This document shows, piece after piece, positions 55,924 to 64,000 of a stretch of DNA of 64,000 bases. This DNA is from an uncultured Candidatus Saccharibacteria bacterium (GTDB lineage Bacteria; Patescibacteriota; Minisyncoccia; Phycocordibacterales; PALSA-1337), in NCBI GenBank assembly GCA_964600255.1, contig CAZRIX010000002.1, positions 34,067-98,066 on the forward strand, in the 5' to 3' direction. A model generated the notes under the pieces. The model searched no databases, was not told where the DNA came from, and worked only from the letters and a program-made list of their open reading frames with translations. Numbering within the stretch: position 1 is the first letter of the stretch; every line of letters begins with the position of its first letter. Position numbers and translations under genes: made by a program.

Positions 55924-57300
55924 ATGGCTACCAAAAAAATCGTACAAGATATTGTTCCAGGGGAGAAACACTCTATAAGAGAGGTTACTCTTGATGATGA
56001 GATTGTAACCAAACCTAAAATAAATAGACCAGCAAGCAAGCGTAAAATAGTTAAAAAAGTAGTAGAAGAGGATGTAGAAATTGACGAAGAAGAGAGTGAG
56101 GATGAGGATACCATCGCAGAAAGTACAAGGGCAACTTCAAGAAAGCCTAAAATAAAGAAAAAGAAGATTTCACTGAAGTTTCTTTTAACTTTTGTAGTTA
56201 TTTTTGTATCAGTAGTAGTTATTGGTATAGCTCTTTCTCTTTCATATTCAAAAGCAGTAGTTACCATTACTCCAAAAGTAACAAATTTTGACATCAACGG
56301 AACCTTTACAGCAAAGAAGGGCAATTCTGAGATAGATCTAAACTATGATGTAATCTCAGTAACTGGTAGTACAAGTCAGATGGTCGTCGCAACAAAGGGT
56401 CCAAAGATTCAAACCAAAGCAAAAGGTACAGTAGTCATTTATAATAACTATTCCGACAAAGCACAGTCACTTGTAGCAGGAACTAGAGTTGCTACGCCAG
56501 ATGGACTAGTTTACAGAACAATATCAAGTATCACGGTACCAGGCAAAAAGTCTGTACCAGGCAGTGTTACAACAACAGTTATAGCAGACCAACCAGGTGC
56601 AAACTACAATATAAAGGTTGCTGATCTAAAGGGTGACTTCAAGCTTCCTGGTTACAAGGGTAGTGACAAGTACAATGGATTCTACGCTAGAATGAAGACC
56701 GATATGACCGGCGGATTCCTAGGAGAAAAGATGGTGATTGATGCGCAAGTAAAAGCAAAAGCTGTTAAGGTACTAGAGGATGAGCTGCGAGGAACTCTAC
56801 TATCAAAACTTCAGGCAAACCTACCTGATGACTATGTATTGTACGATGGTGCTTATAGCTTTGAATTTGAGACTCTCGATCCAATTATGAAAGATGCGGC
56901 TAGTGCTGAAATAGTAGTAAGATCTACTGTGTATGGAGCAATATTTAAAATAGATCCATTGATCAAGTTTATTGCAGGAAGTGAGATAAAGAAATTCCCC
57001 TCATCTACATATCAGATCGATGGCGAGGATGATCTAGCTTTCAAGATATCAAACTCAAAAGACTTCTCAGCAAAGAAAGGTACTCCTCTTATATTCACCC
57101 TAAAAGGCCCAATAACAATAAAGGGACTTTTCTCAGAATCTAAGCTAAAGGATGACCTAAAGGGAATCAAACTAACTGATAGTAATGCTGTTTTTGCCAA
57201 GTACCAGTCTATAGCAAATGCCCACGCTTTGATAACACCTTTCTGGCTAAGATCCTTCCCAAATTCTCCAGAACGCATTAATATAGAGTATAAGCATTGA
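55924..57300 (+). CDS. Single-TM protein with baseplate-J-like barrel
   Basis: Charged N-terminus, TM, then KAKGTVVIYN..LVAGTRV..GLVYRT..VIADQPGANYNI. Confidence 0.65.
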   Translation: MATKKIVQDIVPGEKHSIREVTLDDEIVTKPKINRPASKRKIVKKVVEEDVEIDEEESEDEDTIAESTRATSRKPKIKKKKISLKFLLTFVVIFVSVVVIGIALSLSYSKAVVTITPKVTNFDINGTFTAKKGNSEIDLNYDVISVTGSTSQMVVATKGPKIQTKAKGTVVIYNNYSDKAQSLVAGTRVATPDGLVYRTISSITVPGKKSVPGSVTTTVIADQPGANYNIKVADLKGDFKLPGYKGSDKYNGFYARMKTDMTGGFLGEKMVIDAQVKAKAVKVLEDELRGTLLSKLQANLPDDYVLYDGAYSFEFETLDPIMKDAASAEIVVRSTVYGAIFKIDPLIKFIAGSEIKKFPSSTYQIDGEDDLAFKISNSKDFSAKKGTPLIFTLKGPITIKGLFSESKLKDDLKGIKLTDSNAVFAKYQSIANAHALITPFWLRSFPNSPERINIEYKH

Positions 57301-57344
57301 CTTTTAGTGGGTAGTTCTGGTAGTATATGTAAACGCAAAAATTA

Positions 57345-57584
57345 ATGGATTCCAAGATCAATAATACCCAAAAAACAAAGTCTACGACAACAGCATTTGG
57401 TGTTGTAACCGAAGCTCTGCCAGACACTTTGTTTAAAGTTAAAATTGACGGTAAGGAGGAAGACCAACTTGCGTATTTAGCAGGTAAAATGCGAATGCAT
57501 CGCATCCGAGTCCTTATCGGAGATAAAGTTGAGATGGAGTTGGATTCATACGGAGGTAGGGCACGTATTACAAAGAGATTTTAA
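57345..57584 (+). CDS. infA: Translation initiation factor IF-1
   Basis: GVVTEALP, AYLAGKMR..RIRVLIGDKV. Confidence 0.96.
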   Translation: MDSKINNTQKTKSTTTAFGVVTEALPDTLFKVKIDGKEEDQLAYLAGKMRMHRIRVLIGDKVEMELDSYGGRARITKRF

Positions 57585-57611
57585 TAGCTTACTCATAGAT
57601 TTTTAATAAAA

Positions 57612-57728
57612 ATGAAGGTAAAGGCATCTGTAAAGAAAATTTGTCCAAAATGTAAAGTAGTTCGAAGAAAGAGCTACGTTTATGTTATTTGTAAGTCAAA
57701 CCCAAGACATAAGCAGAGACAAGGCTAA
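57612..57728 (+). CDS. rpmJ: 50S ribosomal protein L36 (not in ORF track)
   Basis: [38 protein letters not shown]. Confidence 0.97.
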   Translation: MKVKASVKKICPKCKVVRRKSYVYVICKSNPRHKQRQG

Positions 57729-57740
57729 TAATACAAACAT

Positions 57741-58121
57741 ATGAGAATACTAGGTATAACAATTCCAGATACAAAAAGACTTGATGTTGCACTAACTGTT
57801 TTATACGGTGTAGGTAGATCAAGAGCTACTAATATCCTAAAGCAAGCAAAGATTGATCCAACTATTAAATCAAAGGATCTATCAGTTGAACAGGAGAACG
57901 AAATCCGTAAGATCATTGAATCATTTAAAATAGAGGGAGACTTGAAGCGTGAAGTTGCTTCAAACATAAAGAGACACAAAGATATCAAAACATATCGAGG
58001 TACTCGTCATATGAGAAGACTTCCAGTAAGAGGCCAGAGAACAAAGACAAATTCTAGAACTGTCAGAGGTAACATAAGAAAGACCATGGGTTCAGGAAGA
58101 AAGAAAGAGGAAAAGAAATAA
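57741..58121 (+). CDS. rpsM: 30S ribosomal protein S13
   Basis: LYGVGR, YRGTRH..LPVRGQRTKTNSRT. Confidence 0.97.
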   Translation: MRILGITIPDTKRLDVALTVLYGVGRSRATNILKQAKIDPTIKSKDLSVEQENEIRKIIESFKIEGDLKREVASNIKRHKDIKTYRGTRHMRRLPVRGQRTKTNSRTVRGNIRKTMGSGRKKEEKK

Positions 58122-58145
58122 TACTGAATAATAATCAAGAACAAT

Positions 58146-58577
58146 ATGGCAAAGAAAATAGTTACAACTACAGAGACAGCAGAAGTAAAGGAGAAAGCTC
58201 CCAAGGTAGTTTCTGCTTCATCAAAGAAGCGTCTTTCTTCTGGAATTTTACACGTTCAGTCTACATACAATAACACTAAGGTATTACTTACAGACAATGA
58301 AGGTAATGCTGTTATGTGGGCATCTTGTGGTAACCTAGGATTCAAGGGTGCAAAGAAGGGAACTCCTTTTGCAGCTGCAAAGGTAGGTGAGACACTAGCT
58401 GCAAAGGCTGAGCTTCTAGGTCTAAAAGACATCAAGGTTGTAGTTAAAGGAGTAGGCTCTGGTCGCGAATCTGCAATCAGAGGCTTTATTTCTAGAGGGG
58501 TAAATATTTCTTCTATCAAGGACGAGACTCCAGTTCCTCATAACGGACCTCAGCCCAAGAAGCCAAGACGAGTATAA
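58146..58577 (+). CDS. rpsK: 30S ribosomal protein S11
   Basis: STYNNT, KGTPFAA, GSGRESAIR, TPVPHNG. Confidence 0.97.
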   Translation: MAKKIVTTTETAEVKEKAPKVVSASSKKRLSSGILHVQSTYNNTKVLLTDNEGNAVMWASCGNLGFKGAKKGTPFAAAKVGETLAAKAELLGLKDIKVVVKGVGSGRESAIRGFISRGVNISSIKDETPVPHNGPQPKKPRRV

Positions 58578-58595
58578 TATTTAATTTATAAAATT

Positions 58596-59207
58596 ATGAA
58601 AATTGGACCAAGATACAAAATTGCAAGAAGACTAGGGGTAGGTGTTTTTGAAAAAACACAGACTCAGAAATTTACTGTACGTACAGAACAGAAGAGAGCA
58701 AATAGTAAGTCATCAAAGCCTCGTGCAAAGAGTGAATACGGACTTGGCATGATCGAGAGACAGAAAGCTCGTTTCGGTTACGGTATAACAAGTAAGCAAT
58801 TTTCTAACTATATCGAAAAGGCTATCGACAAGAAAGGCAATACTGGTGAACAACTAATCAGTCTACTTGAAGCTCGTCTAGATAACGTAGCTCTACGTGC
58901 TGGATATGCAACTACTCGTCAGGCTGCTCGTCAGGTATCTTCTCATGGTCACCTAACAGTTAACGGCAAGATCGTTACTATCCCTTCATACCAAGTTAAG
59001 GTTGGAGATGTGATCGGAATAAGAGAAGGAAGCAAGAAGAAGGCCCTTTTCAATACTCTAGATGATAGATTCAAGACAATCAAAATCCCCTCATGGTTAA
59101 AACTAAATTTCGACAAGAAGGAAGTGGAGGTTGTTGGTATACCGCATGTTGCCCCTACGGAGTTATTGTTCAATGTCGGAACAGTTTTGGAATTTTATAG
59201 TCGTTAA
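58596..59207 (+). CDS. rpsD: 30S ribosomal protein S4
   Basis: LEARLDNV, ARQVSSHGH, IPSYQV, EFYSR. Confidence 0.97.
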   Translation: MKIGPRYKIARRLGVGVFEKTQTQKFTVRTEQKRANSKSSKPRAKSEYGLGMIERQKARFGYGITSKQFSNYIEKAIDKKGNTGEQLISLLEARLDNVALRAGYATTRQAARQVSSHGHLTVNGKIVTIPSYQVKVGDVIGIREGSKKKALFNTLDDRFKTIKIPSWLKLNFDKKEVEVVGIPHVAPTELLFNVGTVLEFYSR

Positions 59208-59243
59208 TTATTAAGGGATTTCAATAATTTTAAATAAAAATAT

Positions 59244-60212
59244 ATGTCAAATCATTCAATTATAGTTCCATCAAAGCCAAAGATAATCCGCGAGGAGGGT
59301 TTTAGTGGTATTTATGAAATTGACGGTCTATACCCAGGATACGGACATACTCTAGGTAATTCTCTAAGAAGAATTATTCTTTCATCTCTACCAGGTGCAG
59401 CTGTTACAAAGGTAAAGATCAAGGGTGTAGAACATGAATTCTCAACGATCGAGGGTGTTAAGGAAGACGTTATCGCTCTTCTTCTAAACTTCAAGAAGCT
59501 GAGAATTCGTTTGATCACAGATGAACCTCAAGTTATTACAATCAAGGCAAAGGGCGTAAAGACAATCACAGCAAAGGATATCGAAACACCAGGACAGGTT
59601 GAAATCCTAAACCCAGAGCTACACATTGCAACTCTTACAGACAAGTCATCTGACTTTGATGTAGAACTTACAGTTGAAAAGGGTCTTGGTTATGTTTCAA
59701 AGGAAATCCTTACAAAGGACCGTGTTGATATCGGTACTATCTCTCTTGATGCAACATTTACTCCTATAAGAAAGGTGAACTACGAGGTTGAGAATATGCG
59801 TGTTGGAGACAGAACAGATTTCAACCGTCTAAGAATCTCAATCGAGACTGATGGAACATTCACTCCAAAGGAAGCCCTTGAGAATTCAATCGCTCTTATG
59901 ATCATGCAATTGAAGTCAATTGTAGGATTCAAGGAGGAGGAAGTTGTTGTTGAGGAAAAGGCAGAAGCTGGATCTGAAACAGACGGAGGAGAACCAAAGC
60001 AAGAGATGGATGTTGAGTTCCTAAAGACACGCATCGATGCTATCGGACTTTCTCCAAGAACAACAAAGGCTCTTACAAGTGCAAACATCCGCACAATCGG
60101 AGGTTTGGCACGCAAGAAGGAAGTTGATATCCTAGATATCGAAGGTCTTGGAAGTAAGGGTATCCAGGAGATCAAGAAGGTACTTTCACAGTACGGTATA
60201 ACATTAAAGTAA
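59244..60212 (+). CDS. rpoA: RNA polymerase alpha subunit
   Basis: GYGHTLGNSLRRIILSS, HEFSTIEGVKED, alpha-CTD. Confidence 0.98.
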   Translation: MSNHSIIVPSKPKIIREEGFSGIYEIDGLYPGYGHTLGNSLRRIILSSLPGAAVTKVKIKGVEHEFSTIEGVKEDVIALLLNFKKLRIRLITDEPQVITIKAKGVKTITAKDIETPGQVEILNPELHIATLTDKSSDFDVELTVEKGLGYVSKEILTKDRVDIGTISLDATFTPIRKVNYEVENMRVGDRTDFNRLRISIETDGTFTPKEALENSIALMIMQLKSIVGFKEEEVVVEEKAEAGSETDGGEPKQEMDVEFLKTRIDAIGLSPRTTKALTSANIRTIGGLARKKEVDILDIEGLGSKGIQEIKKVLSQYGITLK

Positions 60213-60237
60213 ACAGATTAATATTTAAAATAATTTT

Positions 60238-60588
60238 ATGAGACACCATTCAGTTACAAGAAAATTCGGACGTGAGAAAGATCAAAGAAATGCTTTGATT
60301 CGTTCTCTTGCACGAAACCTCATAAACGAGAACAGAATCCAGACTACTCTTGCCAAGGCAAAGGAGATCCGTCCTTTTGTTGAAAAGCTAGTTACAAAGG
60401 CTAAGTCAGGAACTCTTGCTTCACGTCGTACAGTTATTTCACAGCTAGGTGGTGAAGCAGAGACAAAGGTTCTCTTCGACACATTAGCAAAGAAATATGC
60501 TGATAGAAAGGGAGGATATACAAGAATTATTAAAATGGCTCCTCGTGTGCTTGACGCAGCACCTATGGCTATGATTGAATTTGTATAA
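60238..60588 (+). CDS. rplQ: 50S ribosomal protein L17
   Basis: MRH, IQTTLAKAKE, RKGGYTRI. Confidence 0.97.
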   Translation: MRHHSVTRKFGREKDQRNALIRSLARNLINENRIQTTLAKAKEIRPFVEKLVTKAKSGTLASRRTVISQLGGEAETKVLFDTLAKKYADRKGGYTRIIKMAPRVLDAAPMAMIEFV

Positions 60589-60610
60589 TCATAATATAAT
60601 ACTGAAACAT

Positions 60611-60955
60611 ATGAATCACACTATAGATGCACAAGGAAAGAAGTTGGGAAGAGTAGCTAGTGAAGCTGCAGCACTTTTGAATGGTAAAATGTCTGTAAGT
60701 TTTTCTAGAAACGTAGTTTCTGACGTAAAGGTTAGTATCGTGAATACTAGTAAGGCAGATTTTGATATCAAAAAGTTAAAACAGAAGGAATACATCACTT
60801 TCACAGGTTTTAGAGGAGGTCTATATACAGAATCTCTTGAACACCTAATCGCTCGCAAGGGTGCAAAGGAGGTTTTTGAAAGAGCTGTTTACAGAATGCT
60901 TCCTTCAAACAGTTTGAGAAAGCAGAAGATGAAGAATTTAACTATCACAGATTAA
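60611..60955 (+). CDS. rplM: 50S ribosomal protein L13 (short form)
   Basis: IDAQGKKLGRVAS, AVYRMLP; precedes rpsI. Confidence 0.93.
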   Translation: MNHTIDAQGKKLGRVASEAAALLNGKMSVSFSRNVVSDVKVSIVNTSKADFDIKKLKQKEYITFTGFRGGLYTESLEHLIARKGAKEVFERAVYRMLPSNSLRKQKMKNLTITD

Positions 60956-60960
60956 TTTAT

Positions 60961-61374
60961 ATGACAGCAATTAAAACAACAGATAAATACATTGAAGCAA
61001 TCGGACGTCGCAAGACTGCTACAGCTCGCGTAAGAATCGTTCCTGCAGCCAAGACTACTTACGATGTAAATGGTAAGACAGTTGAGGACTATTTTGCAAC
61101 AAAGGAACTTCAAGCAGTAGCTACTGGCTCAATGACTGAAGCGGCACTTACAGAAACAAAGTTTAAGGTTACTGTAGTTACAAAGGGTGGAGGTGTTAAC
61201 GGCCAGGCAGAGGCTATGAGACACGGTATCGCTCGTGCACTTATCGATTGGGACAAGGAACTAAGAGGTAAGCTAAAGAAGGCAGGAATGCTAAAGCGTG
61301 ATCCTAGAGCAAAGGAAAGACGTAAGTTCGGTCTAAAGAAAGCTCGCAAGTCACCTCAGTGGAGTAAGAGATAA
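60961..61374 (+). CDS. rpsI: 30S ribosomal protein S9
   Basis: GRRKTATARV, GGG..GQA, ERRKFGLKKARKSPQWSKR. Confidence 0.98.
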   Translation: MTAIKTTDKYIEAIGRRKTATARVRIVPAAKTTYDVNGKTVEDYFATKELQAVATGSMTEAALTETKFKVTVVTKGGGVNGQAEAMRHGIARALIDWDKELRGKLKKAGMLKRDPRAKERRKFGLKKARKSPQWSKR

Positions 61375-61432
61375 TAAATACAAAAAGTCCGGCTTGCCCG
61401 GATTTTTTGTTTCAAGTATACTACCTTCACAT

Positions 61433-61975
61433 ATGAATGAAGAAAATGATATCAAAATAGAAGCCGATGAGAATCTAGATGATTCTGTAATCGCAGAGGA
61501 GAATGCTCTAGATACCATCAAATCATTAAAGGAGAAGCTAAAGGAGGCTGCTGCGGAGAAGCAGGAGTATCTTAATAACTGGCAGAGGGACAAAGCTGAG
61601 TTTCTAAACGCCCGCAAGCGCGACCAGGAGGCTCAGAAGGACTTTGCACGTTTTTCAAATGAGAATATTATTTCTGAACTTATTCCTGTCCTAGATAGCT
61701 TTAACATGGCAATGGGGAACAAGGAGGCTTGGGAGAAGGTAGACAAGAATTGGAGAATAGGTGTTGAATATATTTCAAATCAATTGAAAAAAGTTCTCGA
61801 GGATTTTGGACTAAAGGAGATTGACCCTATTGGCAAGCAATTCGACCCTATGCGCGACGAGGCGATAGAAGATGACAAAGACAGCGATATAGTCACAACC
61901 GTGGTTCAGAAGGGTTATGAGCTAAATGGTAAGGTCCTAAAGGCACCTAAGGTAAAGATTGGGGAGAAGAAATAG
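61433..61975 (+). CDS. grpE: Nucleotide exchange factor GrpE
   Basis: AEFLNARKR, LIPVLDSF, FDP..EA, QKGYELNGKVL. Confidence 0.93.
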   Translation: MNEENDIKIEADENLDDSVIAEENALDTIKSLKEKLKEAAAEKQEYLNNWQRDKAEFLNARKRDQEAQKDFARFSNENIISELIPVLDSFNMAMGNKEAWEKVDKNWRIGVEYISNQLKKVLEDFGLKEIDPIGKQFDPMRDEAIEDDKDSDIVTTVVQKGYELNGKVLKAPKVKIGEKK

Positions 61976-62013
61976 CACAAATGCCCCTCATGCATTGCAA
62001 TTGGGGCATTAAA

Positions 62014-62463
62014 TCAGATTTGGTAATACCAAGATCTGTATTCCGCATTAGCGAGCATTTTGCATGCCAAACGGTATGTACCTTTCCTCTTAACAATTGA
62101 TAGTTGTTCAACTACTAATCTTATAGCTGGAGTCGATAACTCTTTCTCCTTAAGCATTTTCCAGATCAACTTATGATATTCCCGATACTCAGTATGGGAA
62201 TATTCAACAAACAACTTCCAATTCTCAACTGTTGGGTACAAAGACAACAGTTTAGCAAACCACCAAACACCGCACTCCTTGCCACTCTCCCTGAATCGCT
62301 TTAGGATATAGTGTAACTGATCTTCCCGGGGGATCTCCATCTCAGAATAGAACCATCGATAAACCTTCTCGTATTCATGAATATTCCAGGTATTATCGTT
62401 AGGCTTCCTCTTCATGATGATCTGAACCTCACGGAACAGTTCGCGTAACTTCCTTCTCGTCAT
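62014..62463 (-). CDS. Orphan basic helical protein
   Basis: TTGACT-N17-TAATCT promoter, SD AAAGGAGGT (62471-62479), hairpin AATGCCCC...GGGGCATT. Confidence 0.72.
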   Translation of the reverse strand: MTRRKLRELFREVQIIMKRKPNDNTWNIHEYEKVYRWFYSEMEIPREDQLHYILKRFRESGKECGVWWFAKLLSLYPTVENWKLFVEYSHTEYREYHKLIWKMLKEKELSTPAIRLVVEQLSIVKRKGTYRLACKMLANAEYRSWYYQI

Positions 62464-62547
62464 TTATCTCACCTCCTTTCACTTTTCATAGATTAACACA
62501 AATTAACTGCGTAGTCAATGTAACTGGGTAATTAATATATCCAAACG

Positions 62548-62575
62548 AAAAGGCGGTCCATGTGGGGGAGCCGCC
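62548..62575 (-). terminator. Terminator shared in sequence with 63200-63227
   Basis: AAAAGGCGGTCC-N6-GGGAGCCGCC on the + strand. Confidence 0.8.
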
Positions 62576-62618
62576 TATGTGGGTGACTTGTGATGTTTGA
62601 AGGCGTCACCCGGAGCCT

Positions 62619-62753
62619 TTAACAAACGAGCCTTAATGGGTAGCTGTTTGTGTACCTTTGGAGCCTCCCGTCTGTACCTCGGCGAACGTTGAGGATGGCA
62701 ATCACAACGACAGTAGCAAGGACTCCGAGTATAATAGCAACACGAGTTTTCAT
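62619..62753 (-). CDS. 44-aa orphan with N-terminal TM (not in ORF track)
   Basis: MKTRVAIILGVLATVVVIAILNVRRGTDGRLQRYTNSYPLRLVC; promoter TTGACA-N16-TAGAAT. Confidence 0.6.
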   Translation of the reverse strand: MKTRVAIILGVLATVVVIAILNVRRGTDGRLQRYTNSYPLRLVC

Positions 62754-62863
62754 TTCTATTAGTATTCTATCATACTATATTACTTTGTCAATACCTTCGT
62801 AATGATTCAGAACCATCTAAAGTACCACCTAGACAACCCTGAATTTGTTGTTATAATACACAC

Positions 62864-63196
62864 ATGTTAGCTATTTCAAATAAACAATTGAATAGCACCT
62901 TTGAAAGAATCGTTCGCGACAAGAATGGGGTACTTGTTCGTGTTCGCTTCATTGTGGTTGAGGTTAATGGTAGCTTCCAAGCTCAGATCGTTTCTGCTGA
63001 AGCTATTGCGAGTCATGTAAATACAAATTCTAATACTCAATCTACTAAGCCAGAGTCTGAAGTTTTCTTTTTTCCTATATTTAAAAAGTCAGTAAATTTC
63101 CACAAGGAAGTTAAACACTTTGTTGAGTCATTCATTTCACCATACCAACCTCTCGACTTTTTAATGAGTCAACCAACTAGAGCGCCGTCTATGTAA
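62864..63196 (+). CDS. Hypothetical protein
   Basis: TATAAT 6 nt before the ATG; host-like codons. Confidence 0.7.
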   Translation: MLAISNKQLNSTFERIVRDKNGVLVRVRFIVVEVNGSFQAQIVSAEAIASHVNTNSNTQSTKPESEVFFFPIFKKSVNFHKEVKHFVESFISPYQPLDFLMSQPTRAPSM

Positions 63197-63199
63197 AAG

Positions 63200-63227
63200 A
63201 AAAGGCGGTCCTGATGAGGGAGCCGCC
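63200..63227 (-). terminator. Terminator shared in sequence with 62548-62575 (possibly bidirectional)
   Basis: AAAAGGCGGTCC-TGATGA-GGGAGCCGCC. Confidence 0.8.
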
Positions 63228-63246
63228 CATTTGTACCATTTTCGGT

Positions 63247-63501
63247 TTAGACCAGACAGATATCATCAACACGACACCACGTTTCTCGTTGATCATCTTC
63301 GAAACTAATCCTAAATGCAACACCATGCGGAAACGCAATTGTCGCATAAGTACCTTGTGGAGTAGTTACCGACCCACTTTCAGGAACAGGAATTATCTCA
63401 ATAATGGTCGCGGTCTTACCGTTAATGGTAAATTGGCCATGAACAGATTCAAATTTGACCCTGTCCTTGACCTTGAATTGGTGAACTAACGATGTGCTCA
63501 T
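63247..63501 (-). CDS. Orphan small protein, SH3/KOW-like pattern
   Basis: FKVKDRVKF..GKTATIIEI..FRISFED..WCRVDDICLV; ATG 63501. Confidence 0.6.
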   Translation of the reverse strand: MSTSLVHQFKVKDRVKFESVHGQFTINGKTATIIEIIPVPESGSVTTPQGTYATIAFPHGVAFRISFEDDQRETWCRVDDICLV

Positions 63502-63530
63502 ATAATCGGATATTATCAAAATATATATAA

Positions 63531-64000
<470 letters not shown>

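Noticed and set aside
55924-57300. Prophage inferred from the baseplate-J-like domain
   Set aside because: No other phage genes; the protein has a TM anchor and host-like codon usage within a core cluster.

Overview
Core chromosome of an AT-rich, reduced-genome bacterium. Gene content and protein architectures (short AlaRS, UvrC and RNase R, LeuRS with a Nudix insert, split transketolase, pilin-LamG, FtsA-like/baseplate-J-like pair, no rimM) point to Patescibacteria (CPR, Parcubacteria-like); this is inference. Housekeeping genes: smc 3' part, rnr, rpsP-khpA-trmD, capA, rpoB/rpoC, ndh, gap-rpiB-rpe-tkt, uvrB/A/C, ddl-like, tRNA-Ala, lexA, ppa, zwf, ychF, leuS, mltG, mnmA, alaS, infA-rpmJ-rpsM-rpsK-rpsD-rpoA-rplQ-rplM-rpsI, grpE, dnaK 5' part. 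No integrase, transposase, reverse transcriptase or cas gene was recognised. The unexplained signal lies between the core genes. (1) A tandemly repeated structured RNA/micro-ORF locus upstream of rpoB (7.07-7.77 kb), with its own palindrome-overlapped promoters, structure-preserving substitutions and a third diverged core motif. (2) Two tRNA-Ala-5'-end hairpin mimics in exact 71-nt register before tRNA-Ala, plus a structured element bounded by a duplicated tRNA 3' end. (3) About 17 self-contained promoter-orphan ORF-terminator modules wedged between core genes, some neighbours sharing structured 3' tails despite unrelated ORFs. (4) Further stand-alone structured RNAs at about 31.5 kb and 41.4 kb. 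All structures were folded by eye and no database searches were run.
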